Shown here piece after piece: positions 40,913 through 51,251 of a stretch of 64,000 nt of DNA (its first letter is position 1; each line of letters begins with the position of its first letter). Source of the stretch: Nostoc sp. (lineage in GTDB: Bacteria > Cyanobacteriota > Cyanobacteriia > Cyanobacteriales > Nostocaceae). The DNA is taken from NCBI GenBank assembly GCA_036918135.1, contig JBALDB010000051.1, positions 96,001-160,000 on the forward strand. Direction: 5' to 3'. The translations under genes were made by a program, and so were the position numbers. The notes under the pieces were generated by a model. That model ran no database searches. It worked only from the letters and a program-made list of their open reading frames with translations, and was not told the origin of the DNA.

Positions 40913-42478
40913 TTAGGATTCGGAACTCTGTTTATCTTCAAAACGTCTGACAATGCGAGAAAGTTCCGCTTTTTCATCGATACTAACGCGAGTAGGAGCA
41001 CCACTAACAATCCGCTCGTAGTTGCGGAATGAATCTTTAATTTCTGGGCCATCAGCAGTGATATTATACTCACGAATGCCTTTATCGTGCCAAGAGCCTC
41101 TCATTTTAAATACGTTAATCGCCCGCGACATTTCTCCACGAATTTCTACGTACTGTAACATCAAAATTGTATCGGTAATCGTGGAAATGTGAGAGTCCGT
41201 AATCGAATGCGATCCCATAAATTGGTCGGTTGTGTTAGTAAAGAAACCGGTGATTTCTTCTTGTTTGGCATAACCAGTAACACCAATCACAAACTGTCGA
41301 AATGTATTATTACTCACTCCTCTGGCTAGTGCTGAGAGTGAGTCAATGGCAATACGAGCTGGTTTAAAAATCGCAATTTCTGATTTAATAATTTGTAAGT
41401 GGTCTTCTAAACCAGTCGATTCTGGATAAGTACAAATTATTTTTAGTAAACCTTGATGTTCTAATTCTTCAAAATCAATTCCCCAAGAGGAAGCATTGCG
41501 AGATAGTTGGGCGCGTGATTCTTCATAAGCAAATAAGATTGCTCGTTCTCCATTGAGACAGCCATCTTGAATAAACTTACTGACTAATAGGGTTTTGCCA
41601 GTACCTGTAGCTCCTGTTGCTAAGATGATTGAATCTTTGAAGAAACCACCACCGCACATTTCATCTAAGGTTTTAACACCAGAAGATACTCTAACATTAG
41701 AAGAACGTTGAGTTAAGCGCATTGCTCCTAGTGGAAAGATGTTGACTCCTTCATTGCTAATTGTGAAGGGATATTCACCTTTCATATGAGTTGTACCGCG
41801 CAATTTGAGAATTTCAGCTGTGCGACGGCGGCGTTCTCCTTCTAAAACGTTGCGAACAATTACGACATTATCGGAAACAAATTCTTCAACTCCGAAAGAG
41901 GCAACAGGGCCATATTCTTCGCTACGTTCAGTTGTAATAATAGTGGTAACACTCAGTAGTTTGAGACGTGCTACCAAGCGAAAAATCTCGCGCCGCACTA
42001 CTCCCATTGCTTCATACTGCTGAAATACTGCTGTGATTGAGTCGATCGCCACTCGTTTTGCTTTATATTTGCGAATGGCATATTGCAAGCGCTCAATCAG
42101 TGCAGAAAGGTCAAAATTACCAACAATATCTTGACCTTCTGGATCGGGAGATGCATCTAAAATAAATAACTTGCCTTCTTCTATTAGGCGTGGCAAATTC
42201 CACCCAAAAATATGAGCATTTTTAATAATATCACTAGGTGATTCTTCAAAGGTAACAAATACTCCTGATTCGTCAAAGTAGGTAATACCGTTATAAAGAA
42301 ACTGAAGAGATAATAAAGTTTTTCCCGTACCTGAGGTGCCGCTAATCAAGGTAGTTCTACCAACAGGTAATCCGCCATGACTAATATCATCAAACCCCTC
42401 AATCATCGTGCGAATTTTTTCTATACCCACAATTAATGGCGGTTTATTCGGTGCGGCTATTTGCTCTTTTTCACTCAT
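40913..42478 (-). CDS. kaiC: Circadian clock ATPase KaiC
   Basis: Two P-loops GTSGTGKT and GATGTGKT; HISTITDT phosphosites. Confidence 0.99.
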   Translation of the reverse strand: MSEKEQIAAPNKPPLIVGIEKIRTMIEGFDDISHGGLPVGRTTLISGTSGTGKTLLSLQFLYNGITYFDESGVFVTFEESPSDIIKNAHIFGWNLPRLIEEGKLFILDASPDPEGQDIVGNFDLSALIERLQYAIRKYKAKRVAIDSITAVFQQYEAMGVVRREIFRLVARLKLLSVTTIITTERSEEYGPVASFGVEEFVSDNVVIVRNVLEGERRRRTAEILKLRGTTHMKGEYPFTISNEGVNIFPLGAMRLTQRSSNVRVSSGVKTLDEMCGGGFFKDSIILATGATGTGKTLLVSKFIQDGCLNGERAILFAYEESRAQLSRNASSWGIDFEELEHQGLLKIICTYPESTGLEDHLQIIKSEIAIFKPARIAIDSLSALARGVSNNTFRQFVIGVTGYAKQEEITGFFTNTTDQFMGSHSITDSHISTITDTILMLQYVEIRGEMSRAINVFKMRGSWHDKGIREYNITADGPEIKDSFRNYERIVSGAPTRVSIDEKAELSRIVRRFEDKQSSES

Positions 42479-42540
42479 GCTTGATAAAAAATAGGTATGG
42501 AATATTTTTTATTACTAATAGGTTGGGTGCAATCTAATGA

Positions 42541-42864
42541 TTAAATGTCTTCTTCTGTAAAATCTTCTTCACTTAATTCTTCATACAGTAAATCTAATCC
42601 AATTAATACTCTTTCTCTATCTGAGAGGTCGCCAATAATTTTGCGAACTGGTGGAGGCAAAATTTTAGATAATGTAGGTGTCGCCAATATTTTATCTTCT
42701 TCGGCTAGTTGCGGGCTTTTAAGGACATCGATCACTTTTAAAGCATAAACACCTTCAAATTCTTGTTCTAAAATATTTTTGAGTATTTTTAATGCCCGTA
42801 CTGAATTAGGAGTGTTCCCTGCTACATAAAGCTTGAGAACATAGGTCTTTCTGGCTTTATTCAT
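42541..42864 (-). CDS. kaiB: Circadian clock protein KaiB
   Basis: [18 protein letters not shown]...ILATPTL. Confidence 0.99.
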   Translation of the reverse strand: MNKARKTYVLKLYVAGNTPNSVRALKILKNILEQEFEGVYALKVIDVLKSPQLAEEDKILATPTLSKILPPPVRKIIGDLSDRERVLIGLDLLYEELSEEDFTEEDI

Positions 42865-42968
42865 AAAGTTACAGGCTAATTATTACAAAAGATATATAAG
42901 ATGCGATCGCGCATTGAAAGTAAATAATAGCCGTAGCTTGTGCAGATTGTAACATCGATAAATTTAAT

Positions 42969-43550
42969 TTATTTATAAATCGAACATCTATAGACTTCGC
43001 ACAAGTGAGCCAGGATCTCTATCAATGTCAGACGATAATCCAATAACGTTTCATTGCTCCTTCCTTCTAATTTTAGCTGTTTAGAGAATTCATCAATTAT
43101 TTCCATGTGAATCTCAATAATTTGAGGCACAGGAATATTAGCATAAAATATAGTATTGATAAATTTATCAATTTTTTCTTTGAGGGTTTTGTCTGTGGTA
43201 AAATAATCTATAAGAATCTGAGTGTAATCTAATTTCAAACGTTTTAAGAATTCTTGACGTTCTCCTACACTCATTTGTTGAAAATGCTGTTGCTTTTGTG
43301 ATGAGTGATTAGCAAATACACCAATATACTTGCCATTATCTGATTCAATTGGGTGGCGTTGCGACCAAAGTAGTGAAGCATTGATTGTTCCACAAGAAGT
43401 TACAGCAATAGGTAGATGGCAAAAGTGGTTAAAAATATTAGAAATAAAATTACATATCCAGACGCTTATACCATTTTGGTTGGTTAACTGGGCTGAATTC
43501 TTTAAATATTTGTTAACATCACGTTGCTGAATCAATATAGGTAATAACAT
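42969..43550 (-). CDS. kaiA: Circadian clock protein KaiA (Nostocales short type; start uncertain)
   Basis: C-terminal domain IIEIHMEIIDEFSKQLKLEGRS..LLDYRLTLIEILAHLCEVYR; the N-terminal ~90 aa are not a recognisable pseudo-receiver. Confidence 0.93.
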   Translation of the reverse strand: MLLPILIQQRDVNKYLKNSAQLTNQNGISVWICNFISNIFNHFCHLPIAVTSCGTINASLLWSQRHPIESDNGKYIGVFANHSSQKQQHFQQMSVGERQEFLKRLKLDYTQILIDYFTTDKTLKEKIDKFINTIFYANIPVPQIIEIHMEIIDEFSKQLKLEGRSNETLLDYRLTLIEILAHLCEVYRCSIYK

Positions 43551-44207
43551 TTATTGTCTGTCTATCTACTCAAGCGACTTGATTGAAAAGCGCGGGCTGA
43601 ATAAGTGTGGCAAACGCTTCTAGAGTAATACTGGGTGTGTAGTCAAATTGTGGTTTTCAGGCAAAATAACGCTCTCGTGTTAACACTTAGGTCAACCACT
43701 CATCAACCTTGTGCAACAGCACAGTTGTAGGAGTTAGTAGGTCTTAGCTCGGGTATGTATCGACAACTGATTATTTGGATATGCATATGTAGATATACAG
43801 ATAGATAGACTTTTTTATTTTGCTCGTTGATAAGATACTTAAACGAACTTAAAGGATTGTCGGATTCTAAATCATTATAATTCCTCAAGGTTCTAAAGCG
43901 AATCTTTGGAGCCATAATTGTTTTAGCTGTCGCTATCGATGAGGAGTTTAAATACCAGTAAGACACCGATGAGGCTATTTGCTAAAAATGAGGAGTGGCA
44001 AAAACTTCCATCTGCCTCTGTTTTTAAGGTTGGATGCCAGCAAGTGTCTGTAAAATTAAATCCTGTTATTTTAATGGCGTTGAAATCCTAACCAAAATTG
44101 CTTATATGAGTCTTCTCAAAGGATATGGCTTCAGGTGCAAAGAACATCGGCAGATGGCAGATGGGAATGCCAGAGGTTTCCGGAGGAAGAATGACCCCCA
44201 AAGCCCT

Positions 44208-47200
44208 ATGTCAATGCTAGATTACCCGCTTTATGACTTTCAGGCAACCGTACCAAGCTGCCCCCAAACAACAACTCTGGCGGTGGTGCTGGAGATTTTT
44301 GAGCAACAGCAGTGCGATCGCTTAGTAGTATTAAATCAACAGCAATACCCCATCGGATTGCTGTACTCCATCCGTTTAATCGAAAAATTATTAGGTCATA
44401 GCGACGAAAAAAATTTAAATTTACAACAATCAGTCTCTATTTGGGGACAAGCTCTGATTGACCCAATACAGACAATACCAGTTTCTGAGCGTGTAGAGCA
44501 ATTAATTTCGCGTTTATCCCAACAAACTAAAAAACCGCAAAACTTAGATTGGGCGTTGATTGACTGTGATGGGAAATATTTGGGGCTGGTGGATACTTCA
44601 CGCCTATTGCGATCGCTGGCTAAGGAAAAAACGGCTGGGTCACTCAGTTCTGGCGAGCATCGCCATAGATATGATGCTGGGCAAACTCACTCTCAGGCGC
44701 AGACGCCAAATCAACTCAAGTCATTGGTACAAAAGCCATTGGTGAAGTTGTTAGAAAGACTGCCTTGGCCTTTGATGTTGGAAACGAGTACTGGCGAGGT
44801 AGTAGCCCAAAATCCTGCTTGGTGGCAGCAGTTAGGAGTTTTAAAAGACCCAGAAGGAGTCAGAGAACAAGTAAAGGCAATACTTAGCCCCTTGCGAGCC
44901 AAAAAATCAGAATACGTTAAGCAACGAGGAATCAAAGTTCATGCCAATGGTGGTGAAGAACAACTAACGCCACAGTTGTTGGTTAAGAGTGAAGCAATAC
45001 CCGAACCAGGCTTATCTACTCTGAATAATCCTAGAGAACAGCCCAAAACCCAAGAAACTACATCCAGTCACTGCTTTTTGGATAGTCAACTAGGTACTTG
45101 TACCTGCGTTGTCGAAGTGCAAAATGGTCAAGAACGAATTTGGCAGTTTGCCAAAATTCCATTAGATAGTCCAGAGTTGAAACTTATGAGTGCCGAATCA
45201 GAGATGGCACTTAGCAGTGATTTGTGGTTAGTTTTAGCAACTGATGTCACCGAACAGCAGCAGCTTTGCAAAGAACTATCAGCCAAGAATGCGGATTTAA
45301 TTCAACTAAATCGCTTGAAAGATGAATTTTTAGCTTGTATTAGTCACGAGCTGAAAACTCCCCTAACTGCCGTTTTGGGATTATCGCGATTGCTAGCAGA
45401 TCGGCAGTTAGGAGAACTCAACGAGCGTCAAGCCCGTTATGCGGGACTGATTCATCAAAGCGGACGCCATTTGATGAGTGTGGTCAATGACATTTTAGAT
45501 TTGACCAGGATGGAGACGGGACAAATGGAGCTGACACCAGCCCCAGTCAAAATTCGGGCTGTGTGCGATCGCGCTTTATCTGAAGTCAAAGCCATTCAGA
45601 CTCAAACTGCCAAAGCTACCGTAGCCTCCTCAACTCAAAAGACCCGTTCATCTGCTCCCCAATTCTCTCTCTCTATTGAACCAGGTTTAGACCAAATTGT
45701 CGCAGATGAATTACGCCTGCGCCAGATGCTCATCCACTTACTTTCCAACGCCTTTAAATTCACCGAAGTATCAGGCGAAATTGGGCTGCGAGTGAGTTGT
45801 TGGGAAGGATGGATTGCCTTTACAGTTTGGGATACAGGCATTGGTATTCCCGAACACCAGCAACATTTAATATTTCAAAAATTCCAACAACTGGAAAATC
45901 CCCTGACGCGCCAGTTTGAAGGCACGGGTTTGGGGCTGGTATTAACTCGCGCCCTGGCTCGTCTCCACGGTGGAGATGTGAGCTTTTTATCTCGTGAAGG
46001 TAAAGGTAGCCAGTTCACACTCCTGTTACCACCCAGTCCCCCAAAAACAGGTTTTGCAGAGTCAGATATCGCAACTAGAGAAGACGGGCAAATACGACAC
46101 CAACAGACACCAGAAATTCTCCCACTAGGTCGTCAGCATGTCACAAAGTCCCCACAATTTCATACTACTAGTTCGCAACGGTTGGTCTTAGTAGTCGAGG
46201 CAGTAGCCCGATATATTGAAGATTTGACCGAACAACTCAAAAGTTTAGGATATCGCGTAGTGATTGCGCGATCGGGGACAGAAGCAGTAGAAAAAGCTCG
46301 GCGCTTGCAACCAATAGCAATATTTCTCAATCCTTTGCTGCCCTTGCTCTCAGGGTGGGATGTGTTGACCTTACTTAAGTCTGACAGCGCAACCCGTCAT
46401 ATATCTGTAATTCTCACAGCAACGGCAGCAGAAAAGGAGCAAGCATTTGCCAACCGAGCCGATGGTTTCTTAAGCTTGCCAGTAGAATATCAGGTCTTGG
46501 CACCACTGTTAGAAAAATTATGTACTGCACAAGGAGTTTTACAGCTAGGGTCAGACAATAGCGTCAATCTCCCAACTAAGACGCCACTGCGAATTCTTAG
46601 GTTAGTGAATCCCGATCTAGAATCCGTCAATCCCCACTCCTCACTGCGAGAACATCGGGTGATTGAAGTCGATGACCTAAATCAGGCAGAATTGTTGGCG
46701 CGGGTGTGGCAATTTGATGTAATTTTGCTTGATGTCGAGAGTACCACTGCCCAAACTTATTTGCAACAACTAATTGAGCATCCACGTTTAGCGGCCATAC
46801 CGTTGGTTACTTGCGATGCTGCAACCACTCTAAAAGCCTCTCAGATACCGGGATTATCTGTATTTCCTTGTTTAACACCACTTGGAAAAGACAACAGCAC
46901 TCCCACCGAGAAAACAGATGCCTTACTATCAGTACTGCAAATTGCTTCTGGTGTTTGCTGCCCTCCCAACATTTTAGTAGTGGATTTGACAAAGCTGCGC
47001 GATTTACCACAGGCAAGACGCAAGCAAGCCAAAGGTTATCGCCTAGAAAAAAATTGCTCGATCGCTAGTGAAACACCCGAACGGGGGTCTGAGTGGTTCC
47101 AAGCTTTAATTCAGTACTTGCAAACAGCAGGCTTGAAAGCAGCGATGAGTCCTTGTTGGGCAGAAGTGTTACAACAAATTCGGCATCAAAGCGTTGACTT

Positions 47201-47513
47201 ATTGCTAATTTGCTTAGGAGAATCTGCTATCCACAAAGAGGTACTGAAAGCATTGAAAAGATTGGGAGAGTCACCCTCGAAATTACCACCAATTTTAATA
47301 CTTAACCAACCATTGAATTGCCCAGACACTATTTCTCAACCTGGGGTGGCTGACAAGGAAATTGACAAGCCCGATCGCAATGCTTTGGAATCGGTAGAAA
47401 CTATTGTTGGTGCTATCGCTACCCAGATATTACCGCGATCGATTTCTATGGAAGATTTGTTAAGCCAGATTAATCAAGCTTTAGCTCTCAACAGCCAAAA
47501 TGACAAATCTTAA
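44208..47513 (+). CDS. Hybrid sensor histidine kinase (CBS-like N-terminus, HisKA, HATPase, three receiver-like domains)
   Basis: ISHELKTPL H-box, HLLSNAFKFT, DTGIGIP, GTGLGL; ATG 44208/44214 preferred over 44034. Confidence 0.92.
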   Translation: MSMLDYPLYDFQATVPSCPQTTTLAVVLEIFEQQQCDRLVVLNQQQYPIGLLYSIRLIEKLLGHSDEKNLNLQQSVSIWGQALIDPIQTIPVSERVEQLISRLSQQTKKPQNLDWALIDCDGKYLGLVDTSRLLRSLAKEKTAGSLSSGEHRHRYDAGQTHSQAQTPNQLKSLVQKPLVKLLERLPWPLMLETSTGEVVAQNPAWWQQLGVLKDPEGVREQVKAILSPLRAKKSEYVKQRGIKVHANGGEEQLTPQLLVKSEAIPEPGLSTLNNPREQPKTQETTSSHCFLDSQLGTCTCVVEVQNGQERIWQFAKIPLDSPELKLMSAESEMALSSDLWLVLATDVTEQQQLCKELSAKNADLIQLNRLKDEFLACISHELKTPLTAVLGLSRLLADRQLGELNERQARYAGLIHQSGRHLMSVVNDILDLTRMETGQMELTPAPVKIRAVCDRALSEVKAIQTQTAKATVASSTQKTRSSAPQFSLSIEPGLDQIVADELRLRQMLIHLLSNAFKFTEVSGEIGLRVSCWEGWIAFTVWDTGIGIPEHQQHLIFQKFQQLENPLTRQFEGTGLGLVLTRALARLHGGDVSFLSREGKGSQFTLLLPPSPPKTGFAESDIATREDGQIRHQQTPEILPLGRQHVTKSPQFHTTSSQRLVLVVEAVARYIEDLTEQLKSLGYRVVIARSGTEAVEKARRLQPIAIFLNPLLPLLSGWDVLTLLKSDSATRHISVILTATAAEKEQAFANRADGFLSLPVEYQVLAPLLEKLCTAQGVLQLGSDNSVNLPTKTPLRILRLVNPDLESVNPHSSLREHRVIEVDDLNQAELLARVWQFDVILLDVESTTAQTYLQQLIEHPRLAAIPLVTCDAATTLKASQIPGLSVFPCLTPLGKDNSTPTEKTDALLSVLQIASGVCCPPNILVVDLTKLRDLPQARRKQAKGYRLEKNCSIASETPERGSEWFQALIQYLQTAGLKAAMSPCWAEVLQQIRHQSVDLLLICLGESAIHKEVLKALKRLGESPSKLPPILILNQPLNCPDTISQPGVADKEIDKPDRNALESVETIVGAIATQILPRSISMEDLLSQINQALALNSQNDKS

Positions 47514-47574
47514 TCGCGTCATTGGTCATTTGTTCAAAGTCCAATTGCAGATGACTAATAACTTTTTAATAGTT

Positions 47575-49539
47575 TTATGATATTTCCATTTTTTTCTTTT
47601 TAACCAAAGGAATGCGAATCAAATTATAAGCACCTTTGGTAGATAAATTCTTGTAATCATCTGGCTGCAAGTCCATTTGGAGAAACTTTTTCTGCTCAGC
47701 TAACAGCAGCAATGAAGGAGGTTGTAGTGTCTTGGTAGCCTGGTTTTGAATATGCTCTACCGCCTGTTGGGGAAATGTTAAATAATTTACATTAATGTGG
47801 CTATAAAATACTACACTAGGCTTTTTAAAGCCAAGCATAACCAGTTCTTCATTTGGTTGTTTAACTTGTTGTATGATTGCAGACAACTCTCTTAACGGTA
47901 ATTGACGTTCGCGATCGATAAAAAATGAAGTAGGCGCGAGGACAAAAATTAAAAACGCGACAAATCCCACTACATTCATACTGATAATATAGTCCCAGCG
48001 GCGATTTAATAGTAAACCCGCAACCAAAACTGCACAAACGAGCCAAATTACGCCGCCAATGACTGGTAAACCAGATTGTTTAATTAGTTGGTGGAAGTTA
48101 GTTATAGCTGGATCGCTACCTAATATTTGGGTGATGTTAAACAGTGCGGTTGCCAGAACTGATAAAAACGCTACATTCAACCAGCCACTCCACACAAGGG
48201 AAGACGCAGGGATGGGGAGACAGGGTGATGCGGGGAGTAATTTACCAGTGCCCCCGTATGTTTGTGTATCTGTGTTATCTTTATCTTGGTCTCCGTGTTT
48301 CTGTGTCGGCGTGCCCGAAAAAAGGTCACTCCACAACAGCGCTACTAGGATGGCTGCTGCTGGCATTAAAGGCAACACGTAACTAGGAAGTTTGGTGACA
48401 GCAATAGTAAAAAAGCCAAATACACCAGCAAACCAGAACCATGCAAATAAACTCAATTGCTGAAAACGTTCTTGAGAGAGCCATCGCGATCGCTGCCAAA
48501 ATTTCAGCCTGAATATTGCTACTGGTAAATACACTGAGTATGGTGCAAAGCCTAACAATACTATGAGAAAGTAAAAATACCAGGGTGCGGAGTGACCATT
48601 AACTACTTCTGTAAACCGTTCTAAGTTATGATAACCAAAAAAGGCATTAATATAATTCCAACCATTACGCCAAATCACTAATGCATACCAGGGCACTGAT
48701 AAACCAAAAATTATCAGTAAACCTACTAAGAGGCGCATTTCCCGGAATACCTCTTTTAGCTTGCCCACGTAAACTAAAAAGGCGACAATAATTAACCCTG
48801 GTAAGACAATTCCCACTGGCCCCTTAGTTAAAATTGCAGCAGCAATTAGTATGTAGCAAGCTAAGTACCACTTATTAGGAAATGGGGAACTCGGAGCCCC
48901 CTCTGGGGATAAGGGGTAACGGGGATTAGAGATTAGCGGTTGGGAAAAGTTCTCCCCAGTCCCTTGTTTTGCATATCCTAGAAAGAAACATAATAATGCT
49001 GATGCCATGCAGCCCGTAAGCAGCATATCAGAGACACCAGTTCTCGCCCAAATAATTGTTTCCCCATTGAGTGCCATCAACGCTGCTGCTAAAAAAGATA
49101 TTAAGTAGCGGCGAGTAGGACGTGAAACTTGCTCTAATTGGTCTTGTTTAACCAGATACCACTGTACAGTGTAAAAAGCTAAACAAATTAAGCCGAATGC
49201 AGCGATCGCAGAAGGAAGGCGTACTGCCCACTCATTGACTCCAATAATTGCATAAGCGATTGCCTGACACCAGTAAATTAAAGCAGGTTTATCGAAACGA
49301 GTGTCACCATCGAAAAATGGCGTGATCCAATCACCTGTAATCAACATCTGACGGGAAGCCTCTGCAAACAGCGGCTCTGTCTCATCAATCAAGCCAATGT
49401 TGCCTAAATTCCACCCAAAAGCTATCCAGCCAATCGCTATCAACCCGAAAATCGACAGGGTTAAACCAAGGGTTGGATTATTTCCTATTTTGTTGAACCA
49501 CCGATCGACAGTGCCCTTCACACTCAATTTCATTCTCAT
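47575..49539 (-). CDS. ArnT/GT-C family glycosyltransferase
   Basis: DETEPLFAEASRQM, RFDKPALIYW, AVRLPSA, LTKGPVG, TKLPSYVLP. Confidence 0.9.
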   Translation of the reverse strand: MRMKLSVKGTVDRWFNKIGNNPTLGLTLSIFGLIAIGWIAFGWNLGNIGLIDETEPLFAEASRQMLITGDWITPFFDGDTRFDKPALIYWCQAIAYAIIGVNEWAVRLPSAIAAFGLICLAFYTVQWYLVKQDQLEQVSRPTRRYLISFLAAALMALNGETIIWARTGVSDMLLTGCMASALLCFFLGYAKQGTGENFSQPLISNPRYPLSPEGAPSSPFPNKWYLACYILIAAAILTKGPVGIVLPGLIIVAFLVYVGKLKEVFREMRLLVGLLIIFGLSVPWYALVIWRNGWNYINAFFGYHNLERFTEVVNGHSAPWYFYFLIVLLGFAPYSVYLPVAIFRLKFWQRSRWLSQERFQQLSLFAWFWFAGVFGFFTIAVTKLPSYVLPLMPAAAILVALLWSDLFSGTPTQKHGDQDKDNTDTQTYGGTGKLLPASPCLPIPASSLVWSGWLNVAFLSVLATALFNITQILGSDPAITNFHQLIKQSGLPVIGGVIWLVCAVLVAGLLLNRRWDYIISMNVVGFVAFLIFVLAPTSFFIDRERQLPLRELSAIIQQVKQPNEELVMLGFKKPSVVFYSHINVNYLTFPQQAVEHIQNQATKTLQPPSLLLLAEQKKFLQMDLQPDDYKNLSTKGAYNLIRIPLVKKKKMEIS

Positions 49540-49720
49540 TAGTCAATAGTCAACAATTACTAGTCAATAGTCGTTGCTTGTCTATATTTTGTTCTTATTT
49601 AGAAAAAACAATTGCTCAGTAAATAATTGAGCAAAATTCATTATACGGCTTAAGGGGAAGTTTGAAGGACAACACAGGTAGACACAGAATATATAACTTT
49701 TAACTCCTCACCTCACTCAA

Positions 49721-50356
49721 CTATGGACTCAGTACTAGTTGCCATTCTTTGCTTTGGGAATTCCACTTAGGTGATTCAGTTTCTCCGACAACATAAGGGC
49801 CCCAGTAACGACGGGAACCATCTTGGGCAAAGGCAACTAAAATATCTCCCTTCTCCAGTTTCAAATTATTCTGAGGTAGAGATAAAACTAGTCCCTTGTC
49901 ACTACCTTCTTGAGGAGCAAAATCCCAATGTGCTGGAACATCATGTTTAATCTGTTTAACACCAGAGCTATTTGCTACAGATTCTCGTGCCAGTAATGCT
50001 AGGCGCACAGGCTGATTAGTTTGATTGCTCATCCGCAAAGTTCCTCGATCCTTGACTTTAGTAGCCGATTGATCGCGATTTGCTAAGACAGGATAAGTAT
50101 TCTCTTTAGTGCTATGTTCTACTTTATTGCTTGGGTTCGTTGCTGGAGTCGCTAGGCTAGTGGAGATACCTTTTTCTGGCGAAACCGATGTAGACGAATT
50201 GATCTCCTGCTCAGAAGTCTTACTTGGTTGTTGTGAAGATGTATCTGGGTTTGTGGACTCAAAAGATACGCTCACTCCCAAGCATCCCACTAGAGCAACA
50301 AGCACTCCCAAGCAACAAGCTGTAACGCCAAGGTTACGATACACTGAAGTTTTCAT
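49721..50356 (-). CDS. Hypothetical exported protein
   Basis: Hydrophobic N-terminus, Ser/Thr-rich linker, conserved-looking C-terminus AHWDFAPQEGS...RYWGPYVVG. Confidence 0.75.
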   Translation of the reverse strand: MKTSVYRNLGVTACCLGVLVALVGCLGVSVSFESTNPDTSSQQPSKTSEQEINSSTSVSPEKGISTSLATPATNPSNKVEHSTKENTYPVLANRDQSATKVKDRGTLRMSNQTNQPVRLALLARESVANSSGVKQIKHDVPAHWDFAPQEGSDKGLVLSLPQNNLKLEKGDILVAFAQDGSRRYWGPYVVGETESPKWNSQSKEWQLVLSP

Positions 50357-50917
50357 ATTGATAGTTATTAGAAATAAATATTTGTTTAGGCTTGACCAAA
50401 TAGTAGCCTATTATCATAAAAGGCAATTGCAAAAAGTAGCCTAATATAGATTTTCCTAAAATTAGGCAGAGGAATGCACGAGCGATATCATTTGAAGTTA
50501 CAAATATTTTTGGGAAATAATTCCTTTGATGTTTGACTCACAAGAAGTGTAGAGACCGATTGCTTAGTATTTTATCCGTAAGTTTGCATAAAAATAAGAC
50601 AATTAGATACTTAATCAGGAAATTGATTTGTATAAGACAATAAAAGTTTTGTGAAACCGCTAGCGGCCTCAACAAAGCGTCGATTGCCAAACCTGAGATA
50701 AATCTAGGCAGTATATTTCATCTGGGAGATGGGAAAGTCACCTTTGAAAGACTTGCATTTCCCTGAAGATGATAAAATTTACAAAAAATTTGAATAAACA
50801 CTGGAAGCCCAGTAGATATCTATAATATTAACAAACAAACTAATCTAATACCAATTTCCGCAATCTGAATATCGATATATTTTAAGATATGTTGACTTTC
50901 TGCCAAAAGTCCCTTTA

Positions 50918-51250
50918 ATGCAAAATACTCGTCTGAATAACTTGTTCGATGCCATTGCTAGACAGTTGGGGCAATGGTTCCTAAACCCTTGGCGGCGACA
51001 ATCGTTGCTGATAATTAGTTTTTTGTTCGGTTTTTTTCTGGGAAATGCAGTTTCTACTACAGCTGGTCAAGAAGGTGTATTAGACATTGTAGTAGCTGCT
51101 TTTTTAGTACTGTTGACGGAAATTACTAGTAGGATATTTTATAGTCGCGGCTTTTTGTCAAGGCGATCGCTCTTGGTTGACTCACTCAATCTCCTAAAAG
51201 TTGGTTTCATCTACAGCCTGTTTCTGGAAGCGTTTAAGCTGGGATCTTAA
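50918..51250 (+). CDS. ycf20: DUF565 / Ycf20 family protein
   Basis: MQNTRL...NPWRR...GFFLGNA...EAFKLGS. Confidence 0.9.
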   Translation: MQNTRLNNLFDAIARQLGQWFLNPWRRQSLLIISFLFGFFLGNAVSTTAGQEGVLDIVVAAFLVLLTEITSRIFYSRGFLSRRSLLVDSLNLLKVGFIYSLFLEAFKLGS

Positions 51251-51251
51251 A

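Noticed and set aside
44179..44184. DIF1 motif TCCGGA near the kinase start
   Set aside because: Single hexamer with no supporting spacing to a plausible TSS; expected by chance
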